A DNA stretch of 37,950 bases from Octopus bimaculoides (GCF_001194135.2 NC_068982.1:173594294-173632243); one strand, 5' to 3'; positions 23,230 to 36,429 are shown, numbered from the stretch's first letter. A program made the numbers and translations. The notes: a model not told the origin generated them from the sequence alone.

Positions 23230-23910
23230 TGACTCTATGCATACATACACGCATATTCCTTAAGATTCCTTAATAGATAATTAAATACAATGAACCAAGT
23301 AATTCAAAATACTAAGGTAAACTGAATTTTCTATCACACATTTCCACCTACAATCCTCCAAACGGTGGGACTTACAACATCACATTCCAAAATATACCGA
23401 CTCTGGAAAAGGACCTCAGGATGAACCAAATTCACTAAACACGTATCATCGTAAAGAGCAAAATACAACCCAAATCAATGAAAAATTACTAACAAAGGCC
23501 AAAATAGACGCAATTACAGCAGAACAAATTGAAATAATGTGAACATTTCAAGTGTAATATATCTTTTAATTTGACAGTAGAAACATCGATCCATTTTAAG
23601 CAAGGACAACTTTTCACAAAAAAAAAACCTTCACCTGTGCGTCTGAAAGCCTAATCTAAGCAGTTACATGCTAAAGATGTTAAGAGCATAATATAGAACA
23701 AACCAAAGGGTCCCTAAGATTATGCATGACTGCATAAATCATGAATTATAATACGGGAATGCAGAGAAATAGAACATACAGGACATATGTGGAGATAAGA
23801 AACAACCAGCTTATATGGTTTTCTCCTAAATCAGTTTAGCTATTACACAGCACAACAACGTATCAACAAAGAAACGACTTTCAAAATCAAATACTGACTG
23901 CCTTTAAATA
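23230..23910 (+). mobile_element. Penelope-like element, linker plus GIY-YIG endonuclease 3' fragment
   Basis: Ordered translation with stops and frameshifts: STYNPPN..TYNITFQNIPTLEKDLRMNQI, IIVKSKIQPKSMK-LLTKAK, FKQGQLFT, FTCASESLI*AVTC*RC*EHNIEQTKGSLR, DICGDKKQP, QQRINKETTFKIKY*LPLN (ends 23910). Confidence 0.85.
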
Positions 23911-24034
23911 TCTATGGAATAGTATGGGAGACAACTATCGACTGCAAAAGCCACTACTAAAAGCAAATCTTCCTATTGCTGTCACTGCTGCAACTACTAT
24001 TGCAGGGTCAAACACAAAGACAGACAGACAGACA

Positions 24035-24136
<102 letters not shown>

Positions 24137-24139
24137 AAC

Positions 24140-24314
24140 TCACGCATCTACATACATATACGACGAGATTCTTTCAATTTCCGTCTACCAAATCCACTCA
24201 CAAGGCTTTGGTCGGCCCGAGGCTATAGAAGAAAGCTCATGCTCAAGGTGCCATGCAATGGGACTAACCCGGAACCATATGCTTGGGAAGCAAGCTCTTT
24301 ACCATACTGCCACT
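24140..24314 (-). mobile_element. SINE family A, 5' half with tRNA-like head
   Basis: Reverse complement GTGGCAGTATGGTAAAGAGCTTGCTTCCCAA...GGTTCCGGGTTAGTCCCA...GGCCGACCAAAGCCTTGTGAGTGGATTTGGTAGACGGAAATTGAAAGAA matches the 21490-21618 copy. Runs into (CA)n at 24035-24137. Confidence 0.85.
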
Positions 24315-24526
24315 GTTTGTATGTATGTGCGTGTAATCATATATATATATATATATGTGTGTGTCTGTGTGTGTGTGTATGTGTGTACGTGTGCGCACAC
24401 ACACACTCACATACACACACGCACTCTCACATAAACGCAACCAATATATTCAGTTTATATTTCTTACAATATAGCCAAATATTTTTTATATCATTACGGA
24501 ATATCTAGTCATATTGTAAGATCGAT

Positions 24527-24605
<79 letters not shown>

Positions 24606-26640
24606 AATACGTTTCACCTTGTGGTTTTAAACATACGATCAAATCCCAACTGCATCATTTATATTTTCAATTATGTTTGGTTAGTTGATCATACTGGCGT
24701 TACATCCATTGTCGTTTTTATGTTTTAAATAGCCTTAATTTCATTTGTTGCCTTATACTAATTACCGAGATAATCTCAGGTGATCGTAGTTTTTCATCAC
24801 ATGTATATAATACAATATACAATATAGGCCAAACTAGACACAATTATAACATTACACGAAACTTCACTTAATAAATTTCAATAGGTATGGCGACGATTTT
24901 GGATCAAATTGTTTTCTTGTTTTGTTAAATTTTCAATGAATACACCTGGTATAATTTATTTTTAAAAAATGTACCCAGCAAAGTTACTTTTTTACTTCTG
25001 TATGTCAATATGTGCGCGCGTGTGTGAGTGTATATCAATGTGTGAGTTCTAACCACAATAAGTTCAATTAATAGTGGGTTGTTTCCGCTCCGGTCTTATT
25101 CAAATGATATCTACATCCGCCGCTCAAAAGAATTCTTTATGCATTATATTAAGCTAGAGCTCTCTTTTTCTTTTCTTTTTTTTTTTCTTTTTCTTTTTCT
25201 GCCTGACAAGCCTTCAGAGAAATTATCCTTAATATATTCGTCAATCCAGCAAACCTGAAAATCTGCAACTTCCACTGGGTTGAGGAGAATTAAATTTGCA
25301 TAAAAGAATTTAAATGTAGATTATATGTTATACGAATTCCTTCATAACAAAAGATCCCTACATATAAATGATTACACGTCTTCAATATTATTGAGCATAA
25401 ATAAATAAATAAATTATAAAATTATTTGGCTTGATGTTCTTAACATAGCCTAACTATATTTTATTCGTTTAAATATATATGAAATGTTTAATCAATTCGA
25501 TATTCGAAATTTTATATTCATTTTTATATTTTTTATTTTTAAAATAACTTGAAGACTAAAATTTAGAATTTAACGTTACAAGTGTATGGTTTAGGATCGG
25601 TACACGCAGTACACACATATGTTATAATGTACAATAAAATTATTTTTTTGTGTAGTATCACCACCAAATTAGGAGAGAAAAAAACGGAGCCTTACGAACT
25701 AATTTTTCGTTTAATTTAGTGTGCATGTTGTTTATTGTCTTGGAGAACAAAATTCGGTCTCGATAGAGCGAATTCGCAATTCTTTTCATGAATGGCGCTG
25801 AAATTGCCTTGATCCTCAGTCAAGAACTGGTGAAAAATTATGGTGGCTCTATTATATTCTGTTTTGTATGTTGTCTGAGTATAATTTTTCTTCCATTAGG
25901 TGGTAACAAAATAGCTGTGTGTTTATAGGATCAGTCATGACTGTAGCTTTGAAGCTTAATTTGCAACTATGTAGTTTTAGGTTCAGTCCCACTGCGCGTC
26001 AAGTGTCTTCTTCTATAAACTCTCTCACCAACCACTTTTCATTTCGCTCCAGTGTATTCTCTTCTTCCTCCTCTTCTTTGTTCGTTCTAACCAATCCTGC
26101 ATTGCCTTTACGTCTTCTGATGACTCTAATATAATGCATTGTTATGTCATATCTCGACATTAAATAGAAATAACTAGAATTACAAGACTACCTTTGAAAC
26201 AAATGATCTGTTTGTGGAAAGTTTGAATGTTACAGCAAGTAAACATTTAATTTGCCTAATTTATGACAATCTAATTGTAAACTCAGTCATGGAATTGATA
26301 CTATGGTAACCTGGTACGAGATAGATATGCAATAACGTTTCATAGATTTAATAAAGTATGTTGAAAAGCTTCAATCAACTGAGATTATCCAAATAATTAG
26401 TCTATTCCCATTCTTTTAGAGGTATCTAATCTAAAAGAAATTAAATAAAAATAGGAAAGAGACGTAACTCCAATAACACCAATTAAGCAAAAGCCTTGGG
26501 CAATACAAACAGTACGGACTGGAGTGGATCTTGTTTTTAAAGCCAACTGGTAAAACCCACAGACATGTATCGGTCTTAGTATGTATCTCCTCAGTGTAAA
26601 ATAATATACGCTGCTGGCAAGGTTAAGACTGATGAATATA

Positions 26641-26705
<65 letters not shown>

Positions 26706-28153
26706 GCGTGTGCGTGTGTGTGTGTAGGGTATAGAGGACACCACTGATCAACCATTGATCAGTTGAGATAATCCAATCACACATCCAAGGATGTTTTGAA
26801 AAGCATTAAGAAGTAAGAGAATTAAATTCAAGAGAATCAGACGATCGAAATTTTTTAACAGTGTACACAATACAGAATCTGGTGAAAACAATGGACGTTT
26901 ACGTCGAGGTTTTTCATCTCTTTACATTATATATATGTTGAGACTCACTACCAAATTATCTGTATTTTGTAAAGAGATACGTCGGTCATGTTGCTAACAA
27001 ATATGCCTACTTATTTTACCCTCTCAGATTAATTACACAGATATAAGATTTTAGTACAATTTATATTTATTCTGAAATTATTAATTCTTGAGAAACTGAA
27101 AGCACAACAACTAAGATGTATAGAATGGAAAATAAGTGTCTAATGTTTAAACTTGCTCCTACGTAACACAGTAAAGAGAATATAAGCTCTTATGCCCATC
27201 CTATGAAAGAACTGCTGCGATAATTAGTCACTATATACTGACTGGATTGCTAAAGACCTGGTTTTCATGAAGAGGCTTAAGTGTTGTGTGCAGTTGTGTT
27301 TTTTCATTCTCACTGCCTTGTCCAGACCCTCAGAAAGACTTAAGCTCAAGATCAAATTAACAAAACACACATCGCTTCTATAGTGTTAGCGTTGCTTACT
27401 GCGAGCTCTATTTACAGTTTGGTGTGATTCAGCTGTTAATGTGTTAATAATTAAAAGTCGCTGGGCCACGTACCGAACACTTTACACACGAACTTCCGTC
27501 TTTTCGGTTGATTGTTGAGGTATTATGCTACGGAATCAGCCATTTACGCTCACGACCCCGATATAAACCAATTAATTATATAACATATGAGATCTTTTCT
27601 TCTGAATTTAGGTTTATTTTTGTCTATATATTTAGTTATTTCTAAACATACTTGTTAAATAAAATACCAACCTAACAACCTTGAAAAAGACCGGATTCTC
27701 ACAGAATTAACAAAAACGAAATTACGTGTATTTTACAAATTCTCTCTATTTGTATATTCGTGAAATATCATTCTAATACATAACATGTGATTTAACCGGT
27801 TTATTGCTTTCCGTTTTTTTTTAAAGCATTTTAAACAAAAAGAAATCTTGTCGCAGTGTTGCCAATTTATTTCTCGCACTATTGTCACGTACATGACATC
27901 GGCAATGTTTTTAAATTTTAAACAAAAGGCTCTACGTGAATTACTAGGTGAGGGGATGGGTGAATATTTAGATTCTCTCCCTTGGAAAATGTTACGTGTC
28001 TTTCGTTTTCGTAAGTTAAAGACAAGAAAGCGACGAGAGAAAAAAAAGAGAGAAAAGGTGAGAGAAAGCGGTATGAAAGCTAGTCAGAACAAGTAGAAGA
28101 GTGGGATATATATATGTAAATATATATAGATATATACTTATATATATATATAT

Positions 28154-28984
28154 GTACATACACACACATATTTATATACATATATACATACAGAGAGAGA
28201 GAGAGAGAGANNNNNNNNNNNNNNNNNNNNNNNNNNNNNNNNNNNNNNNNNNNNNNNNNNNNNNNNNNNNNNNNNNNNNNNNNNNNNNNNNNNNNNNNNN
28301 NNNNNNNNNNNNNNNNNNNNNNNNNNNNNNNNNNNNNNNNNNNNNNNNNNNNNNNNNNNNNNNNNNNNNNNNNNNNNNNNNNNNNNNNNNNNNNNNNNNN
28401 NNNNNNNNNNNNNNNNNNNNNNNNNNNNNNNNNNNNNNNNNNNNNNNNNNNNNNNNNNNNNNNNNNNNNNNNNNNNNNNNNNNNNNNNNNNNNNNNNNNN
28501 NNNNNNNNNNNNNNNNNNNNNNNNNNNNNNNNNNNNNNNNNNNNNNNNNNNNNNNNNNNNNNNNNNNNNNNNNNNNNNNNNNNNNNNNNNNNNNNNNNNN
28601 NNNNNNNNNNNNNNNNNNNNNNNNNNNNNNNNNNNNNNNNNNNNNNNNNNNNNNNNNNNNNNNNNNNNNNNNNNNNNNNNNNNNNNNNNNNNNNNNNNNN
28701 NNNNNNNNNNNNNNNNNNNNNNNNNNNNNNNNNNNNNNNNNNNNNNNNNNNNNNNNNNNNNNNNNNNNNNNNNNNNNNNNNNNNNNNNNNNNNNNNNNNN
28801 NNNNNNNNNNNNNNNNNNNNNNNNNNNNNNNNNNNNNNNNNNNNNNNNNNNNNNNNNNNNNNNNNNNNNNNNNNNNNNNNNNNNNNNNNNNNNNNNNNNN
28901 NNNNNNNNNNNNNNNNNNNNNNNNNNNNNNNNNNNNNNNNNNNNNNNNNNNNNNNNNNNNNNNNNNNNNNNNNNNNNNNNNNNN

Positions 28985-29015
<31 letters not shown>

Positions 29016-29044
29016 TACACACACATATTTATATACATATATAC

Positions 29045-29067
<23 letters not shown>
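28154..29067. other. Identical sequence on both sides of gap 28211-28984 (probable overlap artefact)
   Basis: 28154-28210 equals 29011-29067 (GTACATACACACACATATTTATATACATATATACATACAGAGAG...). Confidence 0.7.
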
Positions 29068-29091
<24 letters not shown>

Positions 29092-30081
29092 TGGAAAGAG
29101 AGAGGTGGAGCGAGAAATAAGGTAAAAATAAGAGGTAGCATAAGAAAGTGGAAGAAAAGAAACAGATTATGAGATACAGGCTAACAAATTAAAATAGATT
29201 AGGTAGATTGAGAGAAAAAGAAGCAGAATAGCAACTGGACGAGTCGATGAAAAGAAAGCTGACGGTCAAAGGTGTAGTGTAAACTGGCTTTACACTGGTA
29301 CCCATGGCCACACATGTGACTCATGTCGACTTCATCAAATATTCTGTGAATAGATACCGTGAGTAGCTAAACATAAACTCCAATAAAAGAATAGTGTCCA
29401 TTGCATAATCAACGAATGTGGCTGTATGTCACAGTTTCACCGGTGGAAAGCAGAATAACATAACGTATTCAGAGCCTCTGGTTAGTCCCTCGACTTGCTA
29501 AAGATTGCAGCTAACATCCCTTATGCTACAAATGGTTAATACGGTCATACACATATCGGAAAGAAGCTGAGATGATCATGCCCAAGAAGGCTTATGACCA
29601 ATTGCTTGCGTAAACAATGTCAATAAAAAGACATCCTTCGCTTCGTAGCTGTATTCGTCGTTATCATCATGATCATTTTCATTATCATCTTTACCACCAC
29701 CGACTCATCATCATCAAAAGTCACTCAAGAAGGGGCAATGTGACTAAATGATTTCCAAAATGGTGTTCTCTCCATCAATTGTTCGTGCGTTTACTCATGT
29801 GACTCTTCAATAAGAGAGATCCGAGCAACGTCCTATTCCCACCCGCTTTCTGTCTATTTTCATAACAAATACCAAAGAAGGAGAAAGTTTGCAGTGCATC
29901 ACATGACTAAGTACCAATATACTCTTCAGTTGGTTAAACTGGTTTCGTGTAGAATACATCATTTTCAGTTACCAGCCTGTTAGAAGCACTTAGATGTTGC
30001 AAGTTGGTAGAGTTCTGTGGTAAGTACTCTGTCATACTGAAGGGAAAAATCCGTCTTATTCGTTCAATGTCGCATAATCGC

Positions 30082-30115
<34 letters not shown>

Positions 30116-31080
30116 TTCGAGGCTCCGATTAAGCTAAAGGTGTTATTCAGGCACTCAGTTGTAAGTTCACTGCATCTTATAGCAGAAACAGCTGTAAGCT
30201 AATGAAGCACGTAAGATAATCATTTATTCCTTTGTCATCTGTGTTTCTCNNNNNNNNNNNNNNNNNNNNNNNNNNNNNNNNNNNNNNNNNNNNNNNNNNN
30301 NNNNNNNNNNNNNNNNNNNNNNNNNNNNNNNNNNNNNNNNNNNNNNNNNNNNNNNNNNNNNNNNNNNNNNNNNNNNNNNNNNNNNNNNNNNNNNNNNNNN
30401 NNNNNNNNNNNNNNNNNNNNNNNNNNNNNNNNNNNNNNNNNNNNNNNNNNNNNNNNNNNNNNNNNNNNNNNNNNNNNNNNNNNNNNNNNNNNNNNNNNNN
30501 NNNNNNNNNNNNNNNNNNNNNNNNNNNNNNNNNNNNNNNNNNNNNNNNNNNNNNNNNNNNNNNNNNNNNNNNNNNNNNNNNNNNNNNNNNNNNNNNNNNN
30601 NNNNNNNNNNNNNNNNNNNNNNNNNNNNNNNNNNNNNNNNNNNNNNNNNNNNNNNNNNNNNNNNNNNNNNNNNNNNNNNNNNNNNNNNNNNNNNNNNNNN
30701 NNNNNNNNNNNNNNNNNNNNNNNNNNNNNNNNNNNNNNNNNNNNNNNNNNNNNNNNNNNNNNNNNNNNNNNNNNNNNNNNNNNNNNNNNNNNNNNNNNNN
30801 NNNNNNNNNNNNNNNNNNNNNNNNNNNNNNNNNNNNNNNNNNNNNNNNNNNNNNNNNNNNNNNNNNNNNNNNNNNNNNNNNNNNNNNNNNNNNNNNNNNN
30901 NNNNNNNNNNNNNNNNNNNNNNNNNNNNNNNNNNNNNNNNNNNNNNNNNNNNNNNNNNNNNNNNNNNNNNNNNNNNNNNNNNNNNNTATATATATATATA
31001 TATATATATATGCAGCCTGTTGTGTAAATATCTGAAATTTGACATTGAGCCTGGGGCTCATCAACATTCAAAAAGGCAAC

Positions 31081-31394
31081 CAATAACTTAATAGGAGAAT
31101 GGTTACACCACGCTTCTAGGCAATTGCTTTACGGGAGTCTGAATATTTCATGCCTCTAGCCAATAGCTTAACATGAGCATGAATACTTCACACCTCAAGC
31201 AAATAACTTCGCAAAAGAATGATGACTTCAGGCAACTAACCAATAAACCAACAAGAAAATAGTTATTTACCACCTCTAGCGAATAACTTAAGAAGAGAAT
31301 GATTACTCCATACCGCTAAATAATAATGTAGCGAAAGAATGATTGCATCACAACCCTAGCCTATAACTTAACAAGAGACTGATTGATTACTCCA
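31081..31394. repeat. 40-bp minisatellite, ~7.8 diverged copies
   Basis: Units start at 31081, 31121, 31161, 31201, 31241, 31281, 31321 and 31361. Consensus CAATAACTTAACAAGAGAATGATTACTTCACACCTCTAGC; the seven full units match it at 29-35 of 40 positions. Confidence 0.9.
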
Positions 31395-31454
31395 TGACGT
31401 TTTCAAAAATGTGGCCTATCGTGAGGCAACGGGTGAGCCTCAGACGATCCGCTC

Positions 31455-31862
31455 GAAATAACAGTCATGGCTTTCTCAAATAACATACCTACAGTCTGAA
31501 AGAAAAAGACATTAGTTTCAGATACCCCTACAAAAGGTTGATGGTCAAGTGTGGAATGGCTTTATTTATTGGTGATAATTAATCAGGACTTTGGAGGCGG
31601 GTGTTTTAGTGGATTGTAGTCTCGATTCCTGGACCGCGCAGCGCGTTGTGTTCTTGAGTGAAACACTTCATTTCATGTTGTTCCAGTCCATTCTGCTGAT
31701 AAAAATGAGAAATTCTGCGACAGACCGGCGTTCTGTCCAGATGAGGGAATTTATATGCCATAGAAACCGGAAAACTGGCCCTTACGCGACGGCATGAGTC
31801 GAGAAGGTAACTTTACTTTACTTTGCTAATCAGGATTGATCTGAAGCTAAACAGCAACAACT
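31455..31862 (+). mobile_element. Old SINE-like family D remnant, split by a younger SINE
   Basis: CTCAAATAACATACCTACAGTCT...GATGGTCAAGTGTGGAATGGCTTT before the insertion and ATCAGGATTGATCTGAAGCTAAACAGCAACAAC after it. Related remnants at ~21185 (-), ~32220-32280 (-), ~33425-33520 and ~35710-35870. Confidence 0.5.
31589..31826 (+). mobile_element. tRNA-derived CORE-type SINE with (CTTTA)n tail and 9-bp TSD
   Basis: Head GGAGGCG...CTCGATTCCTGGACC (middle of the tRNA part deleted), CORE-like GTTGTGTTCTTGAGTGAAACACTTCATTTCATGTTGTTCCAGTCCA, tail CTTTACTTTACTTT. TSD TAATCAGGA at 31580-31588 and 31827-31835. Confidence 0.82.
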
Positions 31863-31911
31863 TAGCTTGTCGAAATAAATAGCGTCAAAGTGTTATAGTA
31901 TAACAGTGATA

Positions 31912-32050
31912 CATTACAGAAAAAGTATAGCACCGGATAAAATGGTGTAGAGTAGTAAGTTATGTCTCTCTACATTCTAAGTTCAAATTTCGCTGAGATT
32001 AACTTTATATTCCATTCCACCGGATGTCATGAAATATGTATCAGGTGAAA
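31912..32050 (+). mobile_element. SINE family B, old degenerate copy
   Basis: TACATTCTAAGTTCAAATTTCGCTGAGATTAACTTT...TCCATTCC aligns by eye to 32663-32715. Confidence 0.5.
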
Positions 32051-32597
32051 TGCTAAAGTCATTTTAGCCGATTGTACAATTTCAATGTTTAAACTTATTA
32101 GAATTATTATAAGCGGATCATGTGTGACACATTGGTAGACAGAGCACGTTACTTTAGTTCCTTTGCGTCCAATCTTTTCGAATTCGACGATGTCCTCTGG
32201 TCTTTCTTTAGTCTTCAGACCACACCGTGAGGTGTGACTTGGAGGTTATGTAGTTGCTATTTCTACCGGTTCGAGAAGCTACGTTGAGGGTTCCTTCGCA
32301 GCTTGAGAGAACGATCAGTTCTGCCCTACTGTGAAGCAGGACTTTTGTAGAAACCAGCGAACTGATAATTTCCGCCATTCATACAAAATGGTTTATTAAT
32401 ATCACTATGTATTTTAGTGGTTCTCACTTATTTTTTCAATTTGTGACACAGAAAAACTAATAATAAATTATTGGTGCACTTGAAATGGAAAGTTAAAAAA
32501 GAAAACAAAAAAAAAAGAAAAGTTTAAAAACTGAGAAATTAGAAAAACAATATAGAAAACTATTGCCTACCTTGCTTTATTAATTATATCTCTATAT

Positions 32598-32820
32598 GAC
32601 GGCGAGATGGCAGAATCATTTACGGCTCGGATAAAATACTTAAAGACATTTCTTCCGGCTTCTTACGCTCTATCTTTAAATACCGCCGAAATCGACTTTG
32701 CCTTTCATCCTTTTGACGTCAGTAAAATAAATACCAGTTGAGCAATTGGGTCGATGTAAGCATTTTATTCTCCTCTACTAAAACTGTAGGCCTTGTGACA
32801 AAATTAAAACCATTAATTAT
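32598..32820 (+). mobile_element. SINE family B, near full length (tRNA-like head, central domain resembling MetaSINE)
   Basis: GGCGAGATGGCAGAATC head; central CGACTTTGCCTTTCATCCTTTT...TAAAATAAATACCAGTTGAG; 3' GGCCTTGTGACAAAATT...CCATTAATTAT. The MetaSINE assignment is from memory of the motif. Confidence 0.75.
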
Positions 32821-33122
32821 ATCTGTATGCAACGAAATTATGAATAACATGTTTTCAAAGATATTCAGGCATTAGTATGGATTTTCTAACAAGTTAAATT
32901 ACATTCTTTAAAATTTGTAGCGCAACTAGACGCCGCATGTGGTGCACTGTTTGAGATCCGTTGGTGTATATACAATGCAATGCTTGCTTTTCAATGTTTT
33001 GACAAACAAGCAAATAAGGATATTAGCAGTGAAATATAAAACAGATTTATTTCTAGAGTGATGAATTTAACACATCTTTCATTCAAGTATTTACGTTACC
33101 GATTAATTGAATCAAATTTTAC

Positions 33123-33174
<52 letters not shown>

Positions 33175-36100
33175 TAACATCTGCATGAATGATTAAACTA
33201 TGAACCTTGTCTGAATTTCTTAGCTGCGATCATTGAAAATGCTTCAAGACTATTAATCTTTTCTTTCCTATTTATTTTATAATTACTTTTAAAAACCCAT
33301 TTTGCATTTGTGTGTCCTTTTATTATCGTTATATATTTTCCTTATTTGGATTGAACAAACACAAAGTAACGTGGCCATTCTGACCATAAATACTGAAGAA
33401 AGCGCCTCAAAGCGCTTATTTGGTCAACTAGAAATGATAGCCAAATCTCTCTAATTTCACATTCTGTCACCATTTTATAAAAATAATTATTAAATAATGT
33501 AGTCCTTGCGTCTTTAAAAAAAATGGAAAACGAAATATTTGCAGTGGAAGCACAACCAATTTGTCTGCTGCATGAATAGGATAATTAGGCTTGCAGCATA
33601 GGAAGTTATTATTTCGAGGTACTCCGTCAAAAAGTTCTACATGAAAACCCAATCTCTGTAAATATCCATATCTTGGAAGAGAGCAACTGAAAGTGAAGGG
33701 AAATTGGAGCGATCAAATGTAAGCCTTCCTTGGATTTTTAAAACATAAAACACACTGATACACACGCATGAATTGTAAAAGTGCTATGTTCCGGAAAATT
33801 TTTAACTTTTAATTAAGAATATTAAATACATTTGTATATGTACAAAGAACACACACAGACACATTTATGTGTGCACTTCAGATAAAAAAAATAATAAAGC
33901 ATCCAATCTGCTGAATTTGTGATGCAGCAGATTTAAACTCCTACTGGTAGTTCTAATTTTTTTTGGCCAGCAGCATGTAGAGGGATGAAACCCAGAAAGC
34001 TGATTTGCATATAATATACAAGCTAAGCTTTCGGTAGGAAACAATTCTATCATTGGCAGCAGCAACATCTTTACATTTTCGGACGATTGTTTAGTCTAGC
34101 ATTTTGAAGAAAGTGTTGTCACACTTGTATATTATTTATTAATACAAAGAGAGAAAGGATGTGTGGATTTTCCTTTGAGTTGAGAACTGTGCTTAGCTTC
34201 TCTCAACTGAGACTAAGTTATTAAGAAACGTAGTTCATCAAAGCTCTGGATTACACACTCACGCTGTTATTTACAAAATTTTTTAAAACATTTTAAAGAA
34301 AATTAATGCAAAATAATAAACGAAACAGTTGGAACTGTAATGAATACTTTGTCTTCGATTGAATATTTTATTACCAGCTTCAAAACAATGGAGGTATTTC
34401 AGTTGAGTACCATAAGGTAACGGCATATTTTTTTCAGTAGAGAATAATAAAATATATTTATTGTTATACTTTGCCTTGGGCCCTAAACTAGAGGTCGTAT
34501 GGTGTAGTTATAGCATACAGCGTTTTAGGGTTTGTTTAAACCTGATAGAGCATATCCTTCCCCAGATCTCAGCACAAGCGATTATTTTCGAGGGAGAGAG
34601 GGCGCGAGAGAGCGGGGTAGAGAAACGGTCCCATTAAGGAGTAGAACTTTATTTATCGAATTCGAAAAGAGAGAACGCAAAGATAACCTTGATGTTCATA
34701 AAATCCGGATGCAAAGAGCCGAAACGAATACTGCAGCAATCTCTCTTTCCAACCCTCTAATGACTGCCAGTTCGCATCGTATTTACTGTAATTTATTTAG
34801 TATGTATCTCCTAACATCACCTTGTTTTTTCCTGTTTTATAGAATTATCTTTTTTTGCAGGGTAGAAGTAATTACTTACTGTTGAACGTGACAAATAATG
34901 TGAAAGTTCGAATCCAGTTTTTTCTTTCTTTCTTTTTTTTTTAGCATCTGTGTTAATCTTCAATGTAGAGTATAGAGTGATGTTTCGAATCTCGTTAAAG
35001 TTAAGTATTATTTCAATACTGTTGATATTTTTTTCCCATCGTCTTGAAGTCACATCAGTACAACTGAAAGACAGTTAATGACTTGAACTGAACATATAGT
35101 TTTTAAGAGTTATGTATAAACAGAGAAGCATTGGGAAATTAAAATCAGATTGACGTGTGTTATTAATGCATCGAGTTTGTATACGAGTAATATACCGATG
35201 AGTTATAAAGATATTAAAAGAAGCGTCTGACTGAAAAGCGCCTTTCGATGATGGAATCTAGAAACGTGGTAGAATAATCCTACTGTACAACAGTTGTTAG
35301 TTTCATCAATTCTAATCAAAAGCTAATTACTTTGAATGGAGTTACCCGGTTAGAAAAATAAAACATTTAAATGCTACAGCTAGATTTTTAGCATTTACTT
35401 GGGAAACAGGATGGCTTCTAGTTAAGAAATAGAGGACAGTAAAGCACTCAAGCAGCACCGTGTCTTCTTACCTAAATTTTATTGTCATAAAGAATTGATT
35501 TTGAAATTACAGTACGAGACACAATCAAGTATCTTGTCTAATTAGATCTTACGGGTACTATGACAATAAGGGGATTAGCATAGTTTCAGAGTCACTCTTT
35601 TAATGAATTACAAGACTATTCCTCTTACTGAACAATAATTAATAATATCACAAACACACGTAACAACGGTAACAACTACAACTACTATTAAAATGTGCTA
35701 AAGGGGATTCTCTATACGACATCTTGTAATAGAAATTACCCACAAATGTTCTTGAAATCACATTATTGCCTTAAGTAAAGAACAAGCATATTTGATAATG
35801 AAGTCTTTAATACTGTGAAAATGATGGTTGGTCATGCCTGGAATATTTATGGTATATTTCTGATCGATGATAGTGATGAATGTCGAAACAAAGCAACTAC
35901 TGCAACGGCAACAACAACAATAGCTGCAGCAACAATGGATTATTGCTAAGATTCAGCATTATTATAATACTGTAACAAAATAAATTTTGCATCGTTTTAA
36001 CTTGGTTTGTAATTATAATTATTTTTTATTTTATTTCGATTTGTTCCACTGAGCAACTACCTGAGAAAATATCTTCTACTATAACCCTGGATCAGCAAGT

Positions 36101-36429
36101 GTCTTGCGAGTGAGTTTGGAAGGAGGAAAATATGTGAAAGCCTGTCGGAATCGCAAACACATATAGTCACAACTTAAAATATATATATATATATATATAT
36201 TTTGAATCTACTGATGATTTTATAAAATATCCGGTCGTATATTTTTCTGTTACTTTTTCATAGATATTTATTGCGTTTAAATTATTTAAAGAAATACATT
36301 ATTATCTATATATTTAAAGATGCAATTAGCTTTATTATAATTGGCATAGGCAACAAAATTTAGCTTATTCAGATACATAACTATTAATTAAAATTTATTC
36401 TTTTAAACAGGTAATAAATTACATAATAA

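Noticed and set aside
31081-31394. CRISPR-like reading of the 40-bp array
   Set aside because: There is no constant repeat plus unique spacer structure (whole units are homologous), no cas genes, and the context is eukaryotic.
33393-33417. CTGAAGA followed by a 6-bp hairpin (hammerhead-like)
   Set aside because: No GAAA after stem II and no stem III or cleavage site.
33905-33933. 9-bp perfect hairpin AATCTGCTG/CAGCAGATT (similar stems at 17095-17118 and ~34170-34210)
   Set aside because: Isolated short stems are expected by chance in 31 kb of sequence, and no TSD, Helitron CTRR end or miRNA-length stem is present.
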